Of a stretch of 64,000 bases of DNA, positions 29,092-37,336 are shown piece after piece. Each line of letters starts with the position of its first letter. Position 1 is the stretch's first letter. The stretch spans positions 11,845 to 75,844 of the forward strand of contig DOTD01000092.1 of NCBI GenBank assembly GCA_003513005.1, given 5' to 3'. Origin of the DNA: Desulfotomaculum sp. (GTDB lineage Bacteria; Bacillota; Desulfotomaculia; Desulfotomaculales; Nap2-2B). Made by a program: the position numbers and the translations under genes. A model generated the notes under the pieces. That model was not told where the DNA came from, did not search any database, and saw only the letters and a program-made list of their open reading frames with translations.

Positions 29092-30108
29092 TTGGGTACT
29101 TTTAACGAGCTACATTTTGAAAATGAATTCTATTTTCAATGGCACATAACAGAAAGGTGCAACCTCAGGTGTAAACACTGTTATCATAATAATTATGACT
29201 CTGAAGGCGAATTAAGTTCGGAGGAACTTTTATCGGTTTTAGACATATTAGATAGCACAGCCACCAAGTGGGGCAAGCTCGCTACACTGTCAATAACCGG
29301 CGGAGAGCCGCTTCTACGGTTAAATGAAATTAAACAGATAGCAGACAAAATAGTATCAAAAAAACACATTTATTATTTTGACCTCCTTACAAATGGAACC
29401 CTATTAGATAAGGACACTCTTTCCTTCCTGTCAAAGTCGAAAAAGTTGCGCAGGGTGCAGCTTTCCCTTGAAGGGCCTAACTCTACAAAAAATGACGACA
29501 TTCGTGGCCATGGAAACTTCGAAAAAATCCTATCTGCTATAGCATCCCTTAGAGAATATCAAATACCAATCTGTATCATGGTTACACTTACTCGTGACAA
29601 TTGGGAGGACATTCCAGGAATAGTTAAATTGGCTGTAGATTATGGTGTTAATTATCTTAGCTTTGAAAGATTTATCCCTGAAGGTAAAGGAAAACAAGTC
29701 AAAGAAAAAATATTAAGCCGGAATGAGCTGAAATCAGCCAACCAGTTAATTGCCAGATTATCGCAAGAAGAAAATCGTGTAAAATTTTTAACTTACCGTC
29801 CTCTTTTTGCTCTTTGCGGCGACGCTTTCGGTGCCATGTGTTCTATTGGTACAAATGCTCTTACCATTATGCATGACGGTACTGTATACCCTTGCCGGCG
29901 CTTACCGATACCATTGGGTAACATTCTAAGTGACGGACTGTATAAAATATGGTATGGTTCTGATTTATTATGGGAAATCCGCAATTCCCGCAACCTGAAG
30001 GGTAAGTGCAACAATTGCGAATTGCTGCCTGTTTGCCGTGGTTGCCGTGCAGCGGCTTATTATCTAAACGGAGATTACCTTGCGGAGGACCCTCAATGTT
30101 GGAAATAA
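29092..30108 (+). CDS. Radical SAM / SPASM-domain peptide-modifying enzyme
   Basis: CNLRCKHC (CxxxCxxC) near the N-terminus. The C-terminal SPASM-type Cys cluster is ..CSIGTNALTIMHDGTVYPCRRL..CNNCELLPVCRGCRAAAY..DPQCWK. First gene of the AT-rich island. Confidence 0.85.
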   Translation: MGTFNELHFENEFYFQWHITERCNLRCKHCYHNNYDSEGELSSEELLSVLDILDSTATKWGKLATLSITGGEPLLRLNEIKQIADKIVSKKHIYYFDLLTNGTLLDKDTLSFLSKSKKLRRVQLSLEGPNSTKNDDIRGHGNFEKILSAIASLREYQIPICIMVTLTRDNWEDIPGIVKLAVDYGVNYLSFERFIPEGKGKQVKEKILSRNELKSANQLIARLSQEENRVKFLTYRPLFALCGDAFGAMCSIGTNALTIMHDGTVYPCRRLPIPLGNILSDGLYKIWYGSDLLWEIRNSRNLKGKCNNCELLPVCRGCRAAAYYLNGDYLAEDPQCWK

Positions 30109-30392
30109 AACCACAGTCAAAGTTCAAACTAAACGAAGATTTTATCTTACACCAAATAGAGGAACTAGATAAATACTGGCTTTTCAATATTGTTAATGGT
30201 GACATCTTTAACCTTAATGATGTCTCCATGTTTATTTTACAAAAGATAAGTGAAGGAAATAACTTTGAATCATTGGTTTTTAAACTGCTTCAACAATTTG
30301 ACGTTGATGAAAACAGGGCACAAAATGATCTTCAAAAAATATTACGGCAGTTATTTCATGAAAAAATTATTAGCCAAATAAAGGAGGATTAA
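30096..30392 (+). CDS. PqqD-family peptide chaperone (RiPP recognition element)
   Basis: The 98-aa protein starts at the internal ATG 30096 and overlaps the rSAM stop. ..FILHQIEELDKYWLFNIVNGDIFNLNDVSMFILQKI.. fits the PqqD/RRE pattern. Confidence 0.7.
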   Translation: MLEIKPQSKFKLNEDFILHQIEELDKYWLFNIVNGDIFNLNDVSMFILQKISEGNNFESLVFKLLQQFDVDENRAQNDLQKILRQLFHEKIISQIKED

Positions 30393-30394
30393 CC

Positions 30395-30526
30395 ATGGTT
30401 AAAAAGCCCTATAAGGAACCAGTTTTGGAAAAGCAGGAATCTATGCGCATTGCAGAAGAAACTATTGAAAAAGCCACGGGAAAACTTATCTGCAAACAAT
30501 GCTCATCCTGTCATGGTTGCAGATAA
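30395..30526 (+). CDS. Unannotated 43-aa Cys-rich precursor-like peptide
   Basis: It is not in the ORF track because it is shorter than 60 aa. The ATG lies 2 nt after the PqqD stop and AAGGAGG is 7 nt upstream. Translation: MVKKPYKEPVLEKQESMRIAEETIEKATGKLICKQCSSCHGCR*. Confidence 0.6.
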   Translation: MVKKPYKEPVLEKQESMRIAEETIEKATGKLICKQCSSCHGCR

Positions 30527-30570
30527 TTTCTGATTACTGTTTATTTGTTTTTTGCCTAGGGGGTTGAGAA

Positions 30571-33459
30571 ATGATTATTGATCGTAAAGAACTAACTGAT
30601 CTAGATTTTGAAACCTTGAATATTATTTATGATATTTTTATTGATGATGAGAATTACCAAAATATAGATGTAAAATGCAATGATCGTGATATTTTAGCTG
30701 ACTTTAACGAACTAGAAGATACCAACCAACATGGGTTGGTTATTCAAAAACTCCGAAATTATGAAAAGTGTTCATTAAAAATAGATGATAAAGCTATATC
30801 TAATCATGCCACTACTTTTTGGAAACATCTTTTTTTAGCTAAGAAAACACGTGCCATTTTACAAAGCATTGGAACCAATGAGGCTTCTAAACTTATAGAT
30901 GAAATTGCTGAATATTTACTTTCGAAATTACCTGATATATACGAGCAAGATTTTGGCATTATTAAATGCAAAGAAGAACCCCAAGATTTTGGACAGAAAA
31001 AATTTCTTATTCTCTTCTATAATGAAATTAGCCAGTGTTGTTCTGGGTATCTGAATACTGGTTATGCTGAGAAATCCTTAAAGTACTATCCTGAAGAAGC
31101 CTGTCATTATGAATTACTTGGGTTATATAATAAAGCTCTTGGGTTGTCACATCACGAGAATAAAGAGAGCAGGGAAAATGCATTAAAACATTATGATGAA
31201 ATAATAAATACTTTTAAAATAAAAAAGGAGGGAGAAAAATATCTTGGGTACGGATATGATTTCGATACAGATTTATGGAAGATGTATGTTTATTTACCAG
31301 CAATATATCATAAGGCTGAAGTACTAATTAAACTACAAAGAGGAAAAGAAAGCATAGATATACTCAATACTTTTATAAAGAAATATAAGAATTATAATGT
31401 TCCTAGATTTATTTTTTTATCAACCGAGTATAAAATAATAGACAGTATGATACTAAAGGTTCATGCGATGCTTGAAAGCTCTAATTTAAATGTTAATGAA
31501 GAAATAAAAAATATAGAAATAATGCTTGAAACACATAAAGAAAATTATGATATCCAGAGGAAATATAATTTCTTAATAGCCAAGCTTAATATTGAGGACA
31601 CAAGAGAAAATCTAAGTAGTAAAAAAAACGAAGAAATATATAAATTTCTTAAAGAAACTATATATAATAATTTATTTAAAGAAGAAAGAAATGAAGATGA
31701 AAGAACACAAGCTTCATTTTATTGGCTAGAAGCATTTCAGTTATACATAAAAGCATCAAAAAATAAAAATCATGAAAAAGGAAAGGATCTATTAGAGGAT
31801 TTATTAGGTACTTTAATAGATATCTTAAATTATATTTTTGAGAGACTCAAACAAGACCCATGGATTCCAAACAAAGAGAAGATTCTAAAACTAATAGTGG
31901 AAATATTCGAAGAAATAAATGATGATGACAGTATTACAAATGATGATTGTCGCCAAAAAATTAAAGATATAGAGATAAGATATTGTCATAGACTTACTCA
32001 CAAAGAAAACAAACCCTCCAGTTATCAAAAAGTCAAATCAGTTCGAAGGCTATTATTATTAGGCGAGAATAACAAAGAGGCTGAAATGGATTATAATTTT
32101 CCCGATAGACTTGAAATAGTTAAGGACTTTGCAAATATTATTATTAATAAGGATTATTATACTCAATGTTTGCGATACAATACTGAAAAATTTGACAAAA
32201 ATTTAATATATAGTAGCTATTGGCCACAACTCACTGGGCGTTATGCATTTACAGTATTGCGAAAATGGCAGTCTTTTACACCAGCTCTTGGGAGTTACTC
32301 AACTAGTAGTAGAGGTGGAGGTTATTTTGTTTACAAAGTAGGTGACAATGGTAATATAGAAGATGGGGTAGTTGTTGATCCCGGTTATGATTTTATCGAA
32401 AATTTTATTGAGCATAACTTTTCCATAAAGGATATTACTGCAATTGCCATAACACATTCACACATAGATCATTCTGTTGATTTTCGCGGCCTTATGACAC
32501 TAATTCATGAGATGAACAAAAGAGGAGTCAGAAAATTATATAAATGGCCTCCCAAAAAAGTAACAGTGATACTAACACCATCGTGTTTCGATCATTTTTT
32601 TCAGATAATATCAGACAGCCGCGATTATATCAAGGATGTTATAGTTGTTGATCCTGATAGACACAATCTAGTTGAAACTGAATTATATGAAATTGGAAAT
32701 GAGAAGATACATTTCTATCTAAGCGCGGTTCCTGCGTATCATAAAGATTTACAAGAAAATGCCAATTGCGTAGGTTTAATACTAAGGGATAATAATGATA
32801 ACAAAATAATTGGTTTTACAGGTGATACTGTTTGGACTCACAGCCTATACAAGCGATTAAAAGATTGCTCAGTTATCTGTGCTAATATGGGAGCCCTTAT
32901 TGATGTAAATAAAGGAGACAGTTTTGAAAAAACATTTGATCAGAAAGATAAGGAGCATAAAAAGATCAAAAAGCTTATATATAAGGAGAATCATCTTTAT
33001 CTCCCAGGAATAATCACTTTATTAGATGAAATCCAAAAAACAAGTAAAACAAAAATAACTGTAGTAGGAGAACTCGGTGAAGAACTAAAATCTGGCTTAA
33101 GAAAAGATTTATTTCATAAATTTAATCAGTTTATAGATGAAAGGACTAGTAATCAATATGGAGGCAACTATCCATATAAATGGCAACGTGAAATATTATA
33201 TCCTTATCCACTTGTTGCAATTGAAGATATTAATCTAACAATTACATGGGAGACACAAAGTGCTGAGCCATATATAAGATGTACACGTTGCAAGAGAATA
33301 ATTCCACCAGACAAAGTAATGCTTCGCGTAACAAATGACGATCGAAAAAGTGAACAATTATTCTATTATTGTAAAGAATGTCTTGAATTAATAGAGTCAT
33401 TGGAAAGCGGAGTGGAAAGAGAATGGGAGAAGCGTTATTTACCGCCACATCAAGTCTGA
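30571..33459 (+). CDS. 962-aa protein: long K/E/N-rich helical N-terminal region + metallo-beta-lactamase fold + C-terminal Zn ribbon
   Basis: HxHxDH motif AITHSHIDHS at ~aa 625, followed by GDTVW and ENHLY-type ligand regions. The C-terminus is CTRCKR...YYCKEC. I recognise nothing in the N-terminal ~560 aa. Confidence 0.7.
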   Translation: MIIDRKELTDLDFETLNIIYDIFIDDENYQNIDVKCNDRDILADFNELEDTNQHGLVIQKLRNYEKCSLKIDDKAISNHATTFWKHLFLAKKTRAILQSIGTNEASKLIDEIAEYLLSKLPDIYEQDFGIIKCKEEPQDFGQKKFLILFYNEISQCCSGYLNTGYAEKSLKYYPEEACHYELLGLYNKALGLSHHENKESRENALKHYDEIINTFKIKKEGEKYLGYGYDFDTDLWKMYVYLPAIYHKAEVLIKLQRGKESIDILNTFIKKYKNYNVPRFIFLSTEYKIIDSMILKVHAMLESSNLNVNEEIKNIEIMLETHKENYDIQRKYNFLIAKLNIEDTRENLSSKKNEEIYKFLKETIYNNLFKEERNEDERTQASFYWLEAFQLYIKASKNKNHEKGKDLLEDLLGTLIDILNYIFERLKQDPWIPNKEKILKLIVEIFEEINDDDSITNDDCRQKIKDIEIRYCHRLTHKENKPSSYQKVKSVRRLLLLGENNKEAEMDYNFPDRLEIVKDFANIIINKDYYTQCLRYNTEKFDKNLIYSSYWPQLTGRYAFTVLRKWQSFTPALGSYSTSSRGGGYFVYKVGDNGNIEDGVVVDPGYDFIENFIEHNFSIKDITAIAITHSHIDHSVDFRGLMTLIHEMNKRGVRKLYKWPPKKVTVILTPSCFDHFFQIISDSRDYIKDVIVVDPDRHNLVETELYEIGNEKIHFYLSAVPAYHKDLQENANCVGLILRDNNDNKIIGFTGDTVWTHSLYKRLKDCSVICANMGALIDVNKGDSFEKTFDQKDKEHKKIKKLIYKENHLYLPGIITLLDEIQKTSKTKITVVGELGEELKSGLRKDLFHKFNQFIDERTSNQYGGNYPYKWQREILYPYPLVAIEDINLTITWETQSAEPYIRCTRCKRIIPPDKVMLRVTNDDRKSEQLFYYCKECLELIESLESGVEREWEKRYLPPHQV

Positions 33460-34241
33460 CTTCGATGTTAAAGACAGGATTAGACAAAAAAATTGATCCT
33501 GAAAGAATAGCTAGGGTAGGAACAGTATTATTAGAAGAAATACCAGTCACTGAGAACACAATTTTTACTAATATAGCTGACTATATAGTAAATAGACAGT
33601 CAGTAGATGGCGGATGGGTTGATGTTGAAGAAACGGCCTGGTCAATAGCATATTTACGAAAAATATCTGGAGAATATGAAGGCCCTTTTAATAAAGGGCT
33701 TAACTGGTTGGCTGAACAAAGAATATCCGGGGCGGGATGGGGAAGGAATAACCGAGATACGCCAAGGATACCATATACCTCATGGGTTGCCATACTGTGC
33801 CCGGAACTTATAGATAAAGAAGTATTAAAATGGTTGGAAAAAACCTGTAATGATGAGATAAAGCTAGAACCAAGACTGACTTATAAAATAGCCCTGCCAA
33901 TTTTGGCTTTTAGCAAGCATAAATATTCAACTCAAAATCCGGAGTTAGTTAATTCTTTAATTTCTTTTCTTATTTCCTCCCAAAATGACGACGGCGGCTT
34001 TGCCCCCTGGCGTGATCATCCGTGCGGCAGTGACCCCTGGTGTACTTCAGTTGCGGCGTTGGGACTGTTGGCACATGCGGATAGGGTCCCAGAAGTTATT
34101 TTTGAAAACTCATTGAACTGGTTACTAAAAAACCAGCTCCCTAACGGAATGTGGCCCTATCATTACATTGATGAGGGAACAGCTTTAGCTTATTGGGCGT
34201 TAAAAGAAATGCTAATTCATTTCAAGAGAAAAGAACATTAA
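33423..34241 (+). CDS. Prenyltransferase-beta / terpene-cyclase-like alpha-alpha toroid repeat protein
   Basis: Four QW-like repeats: QSVDGGW, EQRISGAGWG, SQNDDGGF, NQLPNGMW. A Cys pair HPCGSDPWC is also present. The start is uncertain (33423 or 33465). Confidence 0.6.
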   Translation: MGEALFTATSSLTSMLKTGLDKKIDPERIARVGTVLLEEIPVTENTIFTNIADYIVNRQSVDGGWVDVEETAWSIAYLRKISGEYEGPFNKGLNWLAEQRISGAGWGRNNRDTPRIPYTSWVAILCPELIDKEVLKWLEKTCNDEIKLEPRLTYKIALPILAFSKHKYSTQNPELVNSLISFLISSQNDDGGFAPWRDHPCGSDPWCTSVAALGLLAHADRVPEVIFENSLNWLLKNQLPNGMWPYHYIDEGTALAYWALKEMLIHFKRKEH

Positions 34242-34242
34242 T

Positions 34243-36000
34243 ATGTGTGGTATTTGTGGGGTTTACGGCAGCAACGATCTAAAAAAGATAGAACTGATGA
34301 CCTCAACCATAGCCAACCGCGGACCAGACGCAAGCTTTGTAAAAATAATTGGGGGCAAACATACACTTGGAAGCGCAAGGCTTCATATTACTGGTCAATT
34401 AGATGCTCCTTTTCCTTATTGCCGCGACGAAATTGGGCCTCAAGTACTATTAAACGGCGAAATCTATAATTATCGCTTTTGGCAAAAAAAACTTGAAGAC
34501 GAAGGTTATACTTTCTTTACTGGTACTGATACCGAAGTCATCTGGGCAATGTACCATAAATACGGGTTGGAATTTGTCAATAAAATAAAAGGAATGTTTG
34601 CCATTGCAATTCTTGACGGCGACAGGCTTATTTTGGTTAGAGACAGGTTTGGAATAAAACCGCTCTTTTATTGCCAGAGAGGAAATGAGCTTGCTTTTGC
34701 TTCAGAAATAAAAGCATTGTTAAGATGGACCGACCGTCAACCCCATTTAAACGAATCAGCTTTGCAAGAGATTTTAACTTTTGGTTATATTTATTCTTCG
34801 GATGAAACGCTTTTTGTTGGAATAAAGCAGGTTACCCCCGGAGAAGTTCTAATTTTTGATGGAAATGAAATTTGTTCCGAAAACTATTCTGTCCCGCCAA
34901 CCGCTTTTTCTTCTCCGGGCACAAATGAAGACTATTACTTCCATAAAACACTGCTTTCTAATACCTTACCTGCCGCTATGAGGTTGGTTACTGAACATGG
35001 CGCTCATGAAGTCGGCGTTTATCTTTCAGGCGGCGTAGATTCATCTTTAATGGCTGTGCTTTGTAAAGAAATACACGGGAAAATTAAAACTTTCCATCTT
35101 ACGGACAGCCATCATGCACCGGACCTGCCCTGGTCCAGGGATGTTGCAAAGGCAATAAATAGCGATCATTATGAAATACCTGTTACTTTGCAGGATTATC
35201 TAGCTGAACTGCCAAAATTCGTCTACCATTATGAAAATATTGTTGCCGGCGGTGTTTTTGACTTGCAGGGTGGTGTGGCTTTTCATCTACTTTGCAAAAA
35301 AGCCTCCCAGCATGTCAAGGTTGCCTTAACAGGAGAGGGCGCAGATGAACTCTTCGGCGGATATTATTGGACATACACACACCCGCTTGGTTTCGCCGAC
35401 CGTTTGCGTATACGCCTGAAAGAAGCTGTAAAGAACGTTCCGAATGATAAACTGGCTATATTGGTGAACCAGCTTTTCCCGCTTCCCGAGGACGAATTAC
35501 AGTATCGCTTAAATATTTTCAATGCATTATTAAAAAGCGCATTATCAAATTATCATCTCTGGAGTGTCGACCGTTCATCAGGCGCTTTTGGTTTTGAAAT
35601 CCGACCATTTTATTTGTATGAGGATATAGTAAAACTGGCTGGTGATATGCCGGTAGAATACAAAGCCCCAAAACCCGGCGTCACAAAGCTGCTGTTAAAA
35701 GACGCTGCAATGAATTTTTTTGCCCGTTATGGCCTGGAAGCTATTTGTAACAGAAAGAAATTTGGCATGCCTGCTGCGCTTAATCAACTCGACAATCAAG
35801 TAAGGATTTTTATTAACAACAATGTTAGCGACGCTTATGTTCAACGTCACTATTACAAACAATACCTGACGAACAAAATTGATATATTTATGTTCGATTT
35901 ATTTTTTTACTTTTACTTTCATAAAAACGGAAATTTTGAACCGGCTTTCTGCCTGGAGGAAGCCTTGGCAGGTGGTCTATTTGAAAATATGTATAGTTAG
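34243..36000 (+). CDS. Asparagine synthetase B-like glutamine amidotransferase / adenylating enzyme
   Basis: MCGICG N-terminal nucleophile Cys2 (class II GATase) and SGGVDSS PP-loop. Confidence 0.85.
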   Translation: MCGICGVYGSNDLKKIELMTSTIANRGPDASFVKIIGGKHTLGSARLHITGQLDAPFPYCRDEIGPQVLLNGEIYNYRFWQKKLEDEGYTFFTGTDTEVIWAMYHKYGLEFVNKIKGMFAIAILDGDRLILVRDRFGIKPLFYCQRGNELAFASEIKALLRWTDRQPHLNESALQEILTFGYIYSSDETLFVGIKQVTPGEVLIFDGNEICSENYSVPPTAFSSPGTNEDYYFHKTLLSNTLPAAMRLVTEHGAHEVGVYLSGGVDSSLMAVLCKEIHGKIKTFHLTDSHHAPDLPWSRDVAKAINSDHYEIPVTLQDYLAELPKFVYHYENIVAGGVFDLQGGVAFHLLCKKASQHVKVALTGEGADELFGGYYWTYTHPLGFADRLRIRLKEAVKNVPNDKLAILVNQLFPLPEDELQYRLNIFNALLKSALSNYHLWSVDRSSGAFGFEIRPFYLYEDIVKLAGDMPVEYKAPKPGVTKLLLKDAAMNFFARYGLEAICNRKKFGMPAALNQLDNQVRIFINNNVSDAYVQRHYYKQYLTNKIDIFMFDLFFYFYFHKNGNFEPAFCLEEALAGGLFENMYS

Positions 36001-37048
36001 TAAATTCCCGCCAATTCAGGGAGGTATAGCTTCTAAAACATATTGGCTTGCCCGTGGTTTGGCTGAGGCAGGCCTGGAAGTTCACGTAGTAACCAATGCC
36101 TTGGCTGTTGAAGATGATTATAAGATTGGATCCTGCGGGAAAGATTTTCTTTTACCGGAAGGAATATTCATTCACAATATAGAACAAGAAACACCCTGGC
36201 ATATCCCGTATTCAAAACTTTTTCAAGAAAAATTGCTTAACAAATTACTGGGTGTATGTAACCAATACAAAATAGATCTTATCGACAGCCATTACCTTAT
36301 TCCCTATGGAATAGCCGCTTTTTTGGCAGGCACAATTACCGGGATACCGTATATTGTCCGGCATGGAGGCAGTGATTTAGCCAAATTTTGGGACAAAGGA
36401 CTATTAAACGAGCTGTTGAAAAGAACACTTTCAAACGCATCCGCTATAGTAACTGACAAAACAGACTTGGGCATTCTTAACAACAACTTGGTCAATCTTC
36501 CCCGTTATGTCCCGGATGAACGTTACTTTCATCCGGAAGCCAAAGAAGAAAATCAGATTAGCTTTGCATATATCGGCAAAATAAATTATTATTGGCAGCA
36601 TAAGGGTCTTGACAGAATTCTAAGTTATTGGGACGGATTTTCATTTGATTCAAGCCTGTTTTTCTTAGCCCAAGGGAAAGGCAAAGCTGATTTTTTAGCT
36701 CAATATAAGCCGGATAAAGTAAAATTTCTAGATTTTATTCCTCCCTGGAAAATGCCGTCCTTCCTACAAAAGATTGATTTTCTATTTCATTTAGTTAATG
36801 ATAATCCTATCCCCGATTTTTCTAACATTGTTGTTGAAGCAGTCGCCTGCGGTGCTAAAATTTTAACGGATAATCCATCTGCATTTATTTGTTATGAGGA
36901 ATATTTTGATGTTAATAAATATGTTTTGTCCGTAGATAATTTTAGTATTAATCACAATATAACTAAGGCTGAACAGCCTTTAAAAATTAAATATGCCACA
37001 TATATTAAACAAAATATCGAGCTTTACCGGAAAGCCTGCGCGCTATAA
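35981..37048 (+). CDS. GT-B fold glycosyltransferase (GT4-like)
   Basis: I prefer the TTG at 35981, which gives MKICIVSKFPPIQGGIASKTYWLARGL. This is a typical GT4 N-terminus. It overlaps the AsnB-like stop. Confidence 0.7.
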   Translation: MKICIVSKFPPIQGGIASKTYWLARGLAEAGLEVHVVTNALAVEDDYKIGSCGKDFLLPEGIFIHNIEQETPWHIPYSKLFQEKLLNKLLGVCNQYKIDLIDSHYLIPYGIAAFLAGTITGIPYIVRHGGSDLAKFWDKGLLNELLKRTLSNASAIVTDKTDLGILNNNLVNLPRYVPDERYFHPEAKEENQISFAYIGKINYYWQHKGLDRILSYWDGFSFDSSLFFLAQGKGKADFLAQYKPDKVKFLDFIPPWKMPSFLQKIDFLFHLVNDNPIPDFSNIVVEAVACGAKILTDNPSAFICYEEYFDVNKYVLSVDNFSINHNITKAEQPLKIKYATYIKQNIELYRKACAL

Positions 37049-37261
37049 AAAATGGTTCCTTGTATCCCTACATATTGATTACCAAAACAGATCTCTTTAG
37101 GATTCAGCTGTGGTCAAAGCTACCCACCCTTCTCCGAAACAATTCGGGAGTAATTACTATGATAGATACCAGCCGCTTTAAACAATTCATCAGTAATAAT
37201 TTATTATTTTCTCTTGATAATTAACAAAGTGAACGTATACACTATGAGAAATTTCCTGATG

Positions 37262-37291
37262 TTGATATTACTGAATTTAAAATGTTATAAT
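37262..37291 (+). promoter_or_regulatory. Sigma-A promoter candidate with extended -10
   Basis: TTGATA (37262-67), an 18-nt spacer, then TGtTATAAT (-10 at 37286-91), about 45 nt upstream of the next gene. Confidence 0.45.
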
Positions 37292-37336
37292 CTGGTTTGA
37301 GACAACGTTAAAAAAGTATGAATAGGAGCGGTGGAT

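Noticed and set aside
29092-33459. The island could be a PQQ or mycofactocin biosynthesis cluster (rSAM-SPASM, PqqD, peptide, MBL, GT).
   Set aside because: The peptide lacks the Glu-x3-Tyr of PqqA and the C-terminal Val-Tyr of MftA. There are no PqqC, MftD or MftE equivalents. Only the architectural logic is shared.
29092-36000. The island could be a lasso-peptide cluster, given PqqD plus an AsnB-like enzyme.
   Set aside because: There is no transglutaminase-like B2 protease. The putative core GKLICKQCSSCHGCR has no Asp/Glu at positions 7-9 for macrolactam formation. The presence of an rSAM/SPASM enzyme points elsewhere.
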